From a virus: a DNA stretch of 64,000 bases. This document shows, in pieces, positions 45,828-54,600 of this stretch (the first letter of the stretch is position 1; each line of letters begins with the position of its first letter). The position numbers were made by a program, and so were the translations under genes. A model generated the notes under the pieces. It ran no database searches, was not told the DNA's origin, and saw only the letters and a program-made list of their open reading frames with translations. The stretch lies in IMG/VR virus record IMGVR_UViG_3300028534_000015, positions 64,003-128,002 of that record. One strand, written 5' to 3'.

Positions 45828-48800
45828 CTAGCTTTTCCATATTTTTATCATTTGTTCTTGAATAAGAACAACGCCTGTTGTTAAAAGTGCTGTAATGTCA
45901 GCGCTCTCTACAATTCTATTGTCTTTAGATTTTGTAGAGAACTTAAGATCAATTGGTCTTCCATCTTTTGTTCTTACTTTATTATCATGATTGGCAGAAA
46001 CCGTGAACTTTAGCTGATTTCCAAGAACACCTTTGTCTCCATTAGTAAATCTTAAAGGTTTTTCGATATAGATTTTAATCTCTACTTTCCCTTCTTCTAA
46101 TGGTTTCCCTTTAATAGAATAAGATGAGTTCACTCTAAATTCTATATTGTGTTCTTCTTCTAACGTAGTTACAATTTTCTTTAGTGAAGCAGAAAGTTCT
46201 TTCTTCTCACAGTTGTAAAATACTTTGATGTTTTTTACATATCCATCTTTTTCTGCTTTTGGTGATGCGTTTCTAGACTCCTTAAGGATTCTTTCCGTCT
46301 CTTCATCAATGACATTCATAGTGCCTTCACGTACTTCAACGTTTTTAAAAATAGATAAAATAGGATCATGATATTTAACATAGTCACCTATGCTAACCAA
46401 ATTCTTTATAACGTCTTTAGCGTCTACAACTATAGATCGTACTTTTGTTAAAGGTGTTGTTAACTTATTACCGAAGTTAGGTGATACTGTCGTAGAGTCT
46501 TCATATGTTTCATCTATCTCTTGGAAAGCAACAGTTGCCAAAACACCTGTTTTTATAGCTACGGCTTTTTTATCATAAATATCTCTCTCGAAGAATAACG
46601 TATCAAATGCTAAAATTTGATCTTTTTCAAACCTAGAACCTTTTCTAAGATCTGTGTCTAGTCTGTGCATATACGTGATGCCTGCTTCTTCTTTTGTATT
46701 CCACTGCTTAAACTCAATTGTTTCTGTTTTCTTATCTACATACAGAACAACAAGTTTTTTATCGGAAACACTTTTTACGATCCCGTCTAATCTCGCCTTT
46801 TTGATAAACTTTGAAGGTATTCTATCACCTATAACTGTATCATAACCTGTTGATACAGGAAGAACAACAGCATATAACATAGGAACTAAGTGACCATTCA
46901 TAATGGATGTAAAGTTCATACGTTTCAAATCATCTCTATTGTTAAACGGAGCAAGCATTGTAGAAGTACTCATAATGTTAACCTCATTGAGTTCTTCAAT
47001 AGGCTTGACATCTACAATACCTCTTGTATTTTTTAATTTAGGCGCTGCTGAACTGTAAGCAGTGATTCCTACATCTCCACTATCTTTTACTGATTCCGAT
47101 GTTATTCCTATTTCAGATTCATGAATCTCTCTTGCTTCACCAACAACAGTTTCTTTACTTCTACCGAACTCTCCTGTTAGAACAATGTCCTCATACTGCT
47201 TTAACATAGCAATAGGATTAAGGTCCTCTTGTAACATCGTCGCACTATCTTCATTCAATTTTCTCATTGTGTCAAAAGGGTTTACATTAACAGTATTATT
47301 ATATGTTCCAACACCGTTATAAAAACTTCTAATAGCATCAACGTTTGTTTTATACATCATACCAGCTATTCTATCATACTGTTTAATCATCATATTTTTG
47401 ATGTTGTTAGGATGATTAACATAGTCAGTTGTTAAAATTTCACACGCTCTAAGTAAGAGCTCTCTAAATATAACTGGTTCTTTAATAAGCTCTAAGACTT
47501 CTTTTGTAATAGGATCTATAAACATCTTATCCATTAAGAACATTTCTGTTACTTGGTATTTAGACATTCCTATCATATAACAGAAATCAACAAGACCGCC
47601 ATGTGTTGAAAACTCTGAAAAATCTATGTTTTGTAGTTCTTTTAATTCAGTTAATCCATAAAGTACTAAACCTATAATAGGTTCAGAATTTTCTATCTTT
47701 AACATTGTGTCTCTAAATTTGATATAAAAATAGGACCCGTCTCCCTGTTCTTTTATTCTGCCTGAAACTTTTTCATACTTAACATTAAGTCTTTTTAAAA
47801 GACCTCTAAACCCATACATATAAGCTAAGAATAAACCTACAGGTAGTTCAAAGCCTTTTACTCTCACTGTAGCAAAATCTAAAGGAAGAATGCTTTTATT
47901 TATATTAAAAAACTTATACATATCAATATCGAGATTTTTTAATTCACCTTTATGATATGTGTAAATAGTATTATTCATATCTATAAGATAGTAAGTGTTT
48001 CCTTTCTTACCAAATAGAACTTTGTCTTTTCCTTCCATTTTTTTAAGGAGTTTTTTATCTCCATTCTCTACCTGTTTAGATCTTTTATGATAGTTAAAGA
48101 AACAGACAATACCGTTTATCCTAACCATAGACATAAATCTTCCAAATAGAGTGTATTGATAAGGAAGTTTGACTTCATAAATTTCGTTTTTAGACTCAAT
48201 GACAAGATTGACGCTACTATCTTTGTTTGTAGCTTCTGTCTTAAGATACTGCATAATTTTGTAGCCTCTATCTTTAGACTCTAGTCTTGAACGTTCTACA
48301 AAGAGTTTTCCGTAGAATGAAGATAATGATGATTCACTTCTAGAAATCTTACGTATAGGCAAATCTGTCTTTTGTTTACGCATAATATATGTATTACCAC
48401 TTTGCATAAACGTTCCATCTTTTTTAAGACCGGGAATAATATGTCGAATAATCTTTTTATTACCGTTTGGTAAAACAGTATGAAGTGTGTAAGTTTGCTC
48501 TTCTCCTAAAACTGTATTTTTCTTTTCTATAGTGAAATCTTCAACAAGTATACCTGCAGATTGAATCGAAACAGCTATATTCTTAATGTCTGTCTCGTAT
48601 GTTTCCTCAATATACTTTTTCATAAAAGGTGTGAGTGTGTCTTCTAACATTGTTTTATCGTCTACAGTAACACGGTCATTTAACTTAACGTCTTCTTTTC
48701 TTAACTCAATTACTTCTTCTGGTATTTTCTCAACTTTGAATTTAGAGTTTTTCAGTCTTTCTTTCAGACTTTCTGCTTTCTTTTCAGAAATAACACCCAT

Positions 48801-49919
48801 AGATGTAAATTCATCAAAGCTTCTAAGTCCTATCTCTATCTCTGTTTCGTCTGTATTTGAAAGAAGTTTTTCTTCTTCTTGAGAAAGAGATTGTTCGATA
48901 ACAGCTTCTACTAACGCGTCTGAATCTTCTAAATGCTCCACTGTTTTTTCTATCTCTTCTGAAACAATAGCGTCCAGTTCTTTATCGGAAATTTTTAAAT
49001 TACCAACACCATCGTCTTCAATAACTTTAAGATTATCTGGAATAACACTATTTCCATCTAATTTTTCTAATGGAATTGAGTCTGATTGAATAACTTTAAT
49101 GATGAATAATAAGAATAACTTCGCAGCTAGTAAACCTTTTTTCTTAGACATTGTAGTTTTATGATCGCACCACATTGTAGAAGACATGATATACCCTAAT
49201 GAAACAATTGACGCTTTACTTCCATAAGTGAATATGAAATAAACATTAAAGCATTGGTTTTCAGAGAAGTTATCAAAAGGAGACTCTTTTCCTATCTTTG
49301 ATAGATACTTAAACATCTCTAAAAGAAATCTATTGAAGTCTGTGTTAAATACTTCTTCAGATCTCTTTATGTCTTTCTTACTGTATTCAATAAACTCTTT
49401 GATTGTCGGAATCGGTTTTGAAATAGGTATGTGAACAAATCTTGTTCTTTCCATACTAATACCGTTGTTAATACAACTTACAACAGTTGAGAATTTGTTA
49501 ATGGTTCTTTTATAGTTTTCACCCTTTGTTGTTTTATATCTATATAACTCATCTAGTAAGTTATAATTAAAAACAATCGGTATTGATTTCTCAACATGAA
49601 CAAGCTTAATCCTGCTTTTCACATATTCAAATCCTTTGTCTTCTCTCTTGAACGATGTTAAATAACTATCGACATTAACATGCTTACGTTTTACAGGATA
49701 CATAGGATTAGAGTATTCTGTAGACGTATACATTTTAGGCCTACCTTTTACATATCGTAATAGAGGGTTGTTTGAGTCTGGTTTTAAACCATTTTCTAAG
49801 AATGAGATAAATGAAGCATTCTTAGTGAATTTAAACAACTCTGACTCAAACACAATAGGCGACACAAAATGTCCTGTTCGTGTCATACCTACTCGTTTAT
49901 AAACATCTTCTATTGTCAT
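45828..49919 (-). CDS. Virion RNA polymerase beta subunit (phiKZ gp178-like)
   Basis: SESVKDSGDVG, DDLKRMNF, ETYEDS and GDKGVLGNQLKFT (double-psi barrel lysines). Confidence 0.92.
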   Translation of the reverse strand: MTIEDVYKRVGMTRTGHFVSPIVFESELFKFTKNASFISFLENGLKPDSNNPLLRYVKGRPKMYTSTEYSNPMYPVKRKHVNVDSYLTSFKREDKGFEYVKSRIKLVHVEKSIPIVFNYNLLDELYRYKTTKGENYKRTINKFSTVVSCINNGISMERTRFVHIPISKPIPTIKEFIEYSKKDIKRSEEVFNTDFNRFLLEMFKYLSKIGKESPFDNFSENQCFNVYFIFTYGSKASIVSLGYIMSSTMWCDHKTTMSKKKGLLAAKLFLLFIIKVIQSDSIPLEKLDGNSVIPDNLKVIEDDGVGNLKISDKELDAIVSEEIEKTVEHLEDSDALVEAVIEQSLSQEEEKLLSNTDETEIEIGLRSFDEFTSMGVISEKKAESLKERLKNSKFKVEKIPEEVIELRKEDVKLNDRVTVDDKTMLEDTLTPFMKKYIEETYETDIKNIAVSIQSAGILVEDFTIEKKNTVLGEEQTYTLHTVLPNGNKKIIRHIIPGLKKDGTFMQSGNTYIMRKQKTDLPIRKISRSESSLSSFYGKLFVERSRLESKDRGYKIMQYLKTEATNKDSSVNLVIESKNEIYEVKLPYQYTLFGRFMSMVRINGIVCFFNYHKRSKQVENGDKKLLKKMEGKDKVLFGKKGNTYYLIDMNNTIYTYHKGELKNLDIDMYKFFNINKSILPLDFATVRVKGFELPVGLFLAYMYGFRGLLKRLNVKYEKVSGRIKEQGDGSYFYIKFRDTMLKIENSEPIIGLVLYGLTELKELQNIDFSEFSTHGGLVDFCYMIGMSKYQVTEMFLMDKMFIDPITKEVLELIKEPVIFRELLLRACEILTTDYVNHPNNIKNMMIKQYDRIAGMMYKTNVDAIRSFYNGVGTYNNTVNVNPFDTMRKLNEDSATMLQEDLNPIAMLKQYEDIVLTGEFGRSKETVVGEAREIHESEIGITSESVKDSGDVGITAYSSAAPKLKNTRGIVDVKPIEELNEVNIMSTSTMLAPFNNRDDLKRMNFTSIMNGHLVPMLYAVVLPVSTGYDTVIGDRIPSKFIKKARLDGIVKSVSDKKLVVLYVDKKTETIEFKQWNTKEEAGITYMHRLDTDLRKGSRFEKDQILAFDTLFFERDIYDKKAVAIKTGVLATVAFQEIDETYEDSTTVSPNFGNKLTTPLTKVRSIVVDAKDVIKNLVSIGDYVKYHDPILSIFKNVEVREGTMNVIDEETERILKESRNASPKAEKDGYVKNIKVFYNCEKKELSASLKKIVTTLEEEHNIEFRVNSSYSIKGKPLEEGKVEIKIYIEKPLRFTNGDKGVLGNQLKFTVSANHDNKVRTKDGRPIDLKFSTKSKDNRIVESADITALLTTGVVLIQEQMIKIWKS

Positions 49920-49933
49920 TTTCTTATTTCCTT

Positions 49934-51562
49934 TTATAGTTCTTTTCTAGTTTTACTGTTCTTGTTCTTTTTTGAAAGTGTTTTTATAACTTTTTCAGCA
50001 ATGTCATCAACAAGTGAAAGTCTTGGTGTACCTGAAGGTGAAACAAAGAAAGAGATATCTGAAAGAATTTTTTTCATTTCATCTACAGTATCCTCTGTCA
50101 TGTAACCCAATACCGTACCTTTATCACCATCGAAGTCTGCTCCGAGTCCTGGGAGTCTTGTAAAGTGTAATCCTGTCGTATTAACCCACGCTGTGCCAAA
50201 TTTAATATATCGTTGGTAAACCTCGCCTGTTTCTCTATCTGTTACTTTTCTAAAATCATTTGTAGTGTAAAGCAGAATTTTACTGTAGTATGTCGAACCG
50301 TCTTCAATAACAGGGTGTCGTGTTACAGTAATAGGATATTTCTTTGCTACATCTTTTGTTATAAAAAATAATAGCTCACCGTAAGTAATGGGTCTAACAA
50401 ATTTTCTTTCATTTTCATCTACGTCATTTATATCTTTAACAATCATTACTTCTTTGCCATTATCAAAGATAAGTCCAAATACTTTTCCTTCTATTAATAT
50501 TTGACTCTCTTTGATCTCGTCAGAAGTACAACGATTTATAATAGAATTAAAACCATCGACAGATGTCCATTGTTCGTATGGTTTTTTATCTATCTCATAA
50601 ATCTTCTTTTGTAGTGTTTTAGGATCATATAATTCTGCTGTAAAATCAGTAACAGCAAATTTGTCATTAATAAAAAGTTCTTTAAGTTTATAATGTACCA
50701 AAGGAAGAAATGCTGCGGCAACTTGCACAACGCCTAAAATGGTTTCTTCTACTCTAAGGCCAGAATGTTTATCTTTTAGATTAGTGATAGTAGCCGGAAT
50801 TCCAGAAAAGACATTTCTTGTCCCGTGTGTTATTCCTCTCTTAATCCATTTACCTCTCATGAGTTTATTTTTACCATCTATAATAGTAAAGATATATTTA
50901 TAAAGAGCGTAGATGTCCATTTGAAGTTTAAGTCTTATAGGATCGATAATTGAAATTTCATCGCTATCTAGATCAAATGTACCAACAAGGTTTTTATCTC
51001 TTAGAACATTTCTATAAAAATCATTTATCTCATCTTCTGTGATTTTACCCTTCTCTTTAATTTCATATTCGCGCATACCTGCAGGAAGAACATAAAGATT
51101 TTTAATCTTATATTTTTTCATTTTGATGAATTTTTCTACATTATCGATCTTTTCATCTCTCTGCTTTGAATTGTTTCTTTCAAACTTCAGATACGGTATT
51201 GACTTCATAAAGAAATCGAACCCTGTCTGTCCGTCAGGATCTTCTATAAAAACACCTTTTTTCTTATCGAGTGTGACAGTTATTTTACTCTCCATAATTT
51301 TCATAAAGATACTATTTAAAGTAATAATCTTTGCGAAGAAATCAGGATGCATAATGTATGTTTTAAGATTAATAAAACCGAATGTATTCATACGTTCTTT
51401 ACTACCAGGAACAGAAAATATTTCTACGGAGTATAAACCTTGTGTTGCGAACTCATGTCCTGTAGCGTCTAGTATATTTAAATCATCGACCTCTCCGAGT
51501 AGGGATACTTCTTTATCAGATGCATCTAATGGTAAAAGCGTTACTTCTTTTTTGGAACTCAT
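49934..51562 (-). CDS. Virion RNA polymerase beta' subunit, catalytic part (phiKZ gp180-like)
   Basis: GLYSVEIF, GTRNV, TRHPV and catalytic LGADFDGD. Confidence 0.93.
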   Translation of the reverse strand: MSSKKEVTLLPLDASDKEVSLLGEVDDLNILDATGHEFATQGLYSVEIFSVPGSKERMNTFGFINLKTYIMHPDFFAKIITLNSIFMKIMESKITVTLDKKKGVFIEDPDGQTGFDFFMKSIPYLKFERNNSKQRDEKIDNVEKFIKMKKYKIKNLYVLPAGMREYEIKEKGKITEDEINDFYRNVLRDKNLVGTFDLDSDEISIIDPIRLKLQMDIYALYKYIFTIIDGKNKLMRGKWIKRGITHGTRNVFSGIPATITNLKDKHSGLRVEETILGVVQVAAAFLPLVHYKLKELFINDKFAVTDFTAELYDPKTLQKKIYEIDKKPYEQWTSVDGFNSIINRCTSDEIKESQILIEGKVFGLIFDNGKEVMIVKDINDVDENERKFVRPITYGELLFFITKDVAKKYPITVTRHPVIEDGSTYYSKILLYTTNDFRKVTDRETGEVYQRYIKFGTAWVNTTGLHFTRLPGLGADFDGDKGTVLGYMTEDTVDEMKKILSDISFFVSPSGTPRLSLVDDIAEKVIKTLSKKNKNSKTRKEL

Positions 51563-51624
51563 TCTTTTTTCCTTTGATAACAGGGTATAATAAATAATGT
51601 TATACTTTTCTCAAAGGAAATGAG

Positions 51625-54600
51625 ATGAGTGATGAATTTGACGACTTCGATGATTTTGATTTAGATGATGATGTTAAAGAGTCTGGTTCTGATAGAGAAC
51701 CAGTTGAAGGAGCTTTAAAAGAAGGAGCTGAAAGTTTTAAAGAGAGTCTTTTAGAAGACGATGAAATAGGTAAAAAAGCTGCTGTTGGAATTGGTAAAAC
51801 ACTAGCAACAAATCTTGTTGGTGATAAGACTGTTTCTAGACTTACAGAAACAACAGGATCGTTTGTTGACGAGTTTGAAAAATCTGTATCTGAAATAAGA
51901 AAAGAATCTAGGCCGATAGCAAAAGCAATACGTTCTATTTCTCCAGACCAAGATAGTGTGGTCGGTCAAGTTACACATAAACTTGCAGACATTATTGGTG
52001 GAGAAGAAGGTGAAGGAGGAAATAGCGGAGAACAGAGTTATGATGAACTCTTAAGTGAACGTGTTAACAGTGCGTTATCTTCCTTAACTCTTAATAGAGA
52101 AAAAGACGAGATTGATAAAGAACTTGCTACAGAAGCAATGAAGTTTAAACAGATGAACGATCAGATAACTTTACTTCAAAGTATTGCTACTGATATGTCT
52201 TCATCTTCAAACTTCTTAAGAAAATCTACTTTAGAGTTCTATAAAAAACAACTTGAGTTACAATACAAACAAGTGTTTATCTCTGGAGATATTCGAAATA
52301 TCCTCGCATCTGGATTTGATAGACTAGGTAAAGAACAAGATATTATCGCTAAAAATACAGCACTTCCTGATTTTGTTAAAATGCGATCATCTGAAGCTTT
52401 ACATGCTGCTATTAGACAGAAAATGCATGATAGTATGATCCAAACATTCATCGGTAAAAATGACTGGATGGATAATCTTAAAAGAAATATTCTAGGAAGA
52501 TTTAACGCTTCTAAAGATAAAATAAAAGATAGTGTAACAGGAATTTCTGGAATTATTCAGGATATTGAAGAAGCTAATTCACAGTTAGAAGATGCAGGAA
52601 TGTCAAAATCATCTATGGCTGGAGATTTAGCAGGTGACGCGGTTAAAGAAAAAGGTTTCGGTGTTATCGGTAGAGCACTGGCGAAATCTCCATTCGCTAG
52701 AAAGATTACTGGAGACCTTATTCAAATGTCAACATCTATGCCTGAATATTTGGATAAAGTTTCGAATAAACACGGTGATAATGTAATCGGTAAAACTGCT
52801 AGCTTCTTTAGAGACTTAATGAGAAATCCGTTAGAGTCTACAGATACAGGACTTGGTGTCGGCGGTTTAGATCAACCGACTATTTTTGATGGAAGAACCA
52901 AGACGTCTATTGTTACAGTCATTCCAGGGTTACTAGCTAAAATACTTAATAGTGTAGAAAAACTTAAAAACAAGAATGCTGAAACACTCCACTTCAATTA
53001 CACTAAAGGAAAATTTGAACGCGAGAGTGCGTTTGATAGAAGTTTTGATGAAGAAGTTAAACTTAAGATGTTTACTTCTGGCGGTGTAAAAGCTATCGAT
53101 ACGTTTGTCTCTAAACTCCAAGATAATGTAGGAAAGAAATCAACGCTTTATCTGGATCCTAAAGAAGTAAGAAACTTTAAACGTATTCTTTATAAATACG
53201 TTATGAGTAACAACTCATTAAATCCAGAATATTTTGAAGATGCAGGTTTATATGACAATATGAATCCTGTCATGGCTACAAAAATAAGAGGACTTATAAA
53301 ACGATATTTATACAAAGACGGAAGTTTAAACCAAGAGCGGTTTGATAGTTTGTCAACTACATTAAGATCTGCTAGTTCAGGTATTTTTAATCCTACTAAA
53401 TTCCTAGAAGACAAAAAAGATTCTGGAGAGATTGAATTCTTAGAAAAGAAAGGCCTTGTTAAATTCGATCCACACAGACAAGAATATGTGCTTGATATGA
53501 AAAAATATCTTTCGTATTCAGAAGGATTTGTCAATAGTGTAGGAAGTCAAGGTTATGAAGATTATTTATTTAACAGAAATGTTTCAAAAGAAAACGAGGA
53601 GACGATTAATAAATCAGAACCTACATCTTTATTAGATGTGGTAAAAGCCGCAAAAGACGATATTAAAAAAATAGACCCTGATAAAGCTAAAGACGCGACA
53701 AAGAAAGGATTCAAAAAGTTTGTTAAAACTGCCAAAGATCTTGATGAGAAAGTTGCTAATATGTCTAAATCAGACTGGTCTGAGTTAGGAATAGATACAA
53801 AAAATAAAGCGTTGAAGTTTATTACAGATAACTATGATAAAAATGTATCTGATGAATACAAAAAGAAAATTGATGAGAGTCTGAATTACGTTTTTAATTC
53901 TAAAGGTTACACGTATTTAGAAAGTAAAATAAAAGATGCACATTCTTATTTAAAAGACAATGATAGAAAATCAATCCTTGATGATCTTCATAGATTAAAA
54001 CGTAAAGGACTTGTCAAGTCAAGGAAGTTTATTAAAACAGTCAAAGCACTCAAAGTTGAAGATTTAAAATTCGCAGGAATCAATACGTATGAAGATGCTG
54101 TAAAACATGTAACAGGTATTTATGGAGATCATGATATTAAAACTCTTAAAAAGATTGAGAAAATTTTGCAAGATAAATACGATGATTTCAATAAAGATGA
54201 AACACAGAATTACTTTAGTAAGAAATGGAATAAATTTAAATCAAGACTTCGAGGAGAGAAATCTCGTGTGATATCAAAGTTTAATAAAGTACTTTCACAT
54301 TTCAAAGGGTGGACGTATGACGACTTTGATAAGTTAGGTATAACGAACGCTAACGATGCTGTAAGACATATTCTTAATACTATTGATTTCACACCTACTA
54401 AAAAAGAGATGCGTCAGTTATATGATACAATGAGTAACATCTTTACTGTTCGTGATACTGTAAACAAAACAAATGATTTTGTCAGTAATAAAAAATCAAG
54501 TTTTAAAAAGACATTTGATAAAAAGAAACAAGAAGTTAAAGATAATGTTAAGAAACCTAGTTGGTTAGATTCTTTATTAAAGAAAGAAGATAAAAAACTT

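Noticed and set aside
45828-51562. Introns or inteins in RNAP genes (and terminase)
   Set aside because: ORFs are continuous, of expected size, with no intein or endonuclease insertions recognised
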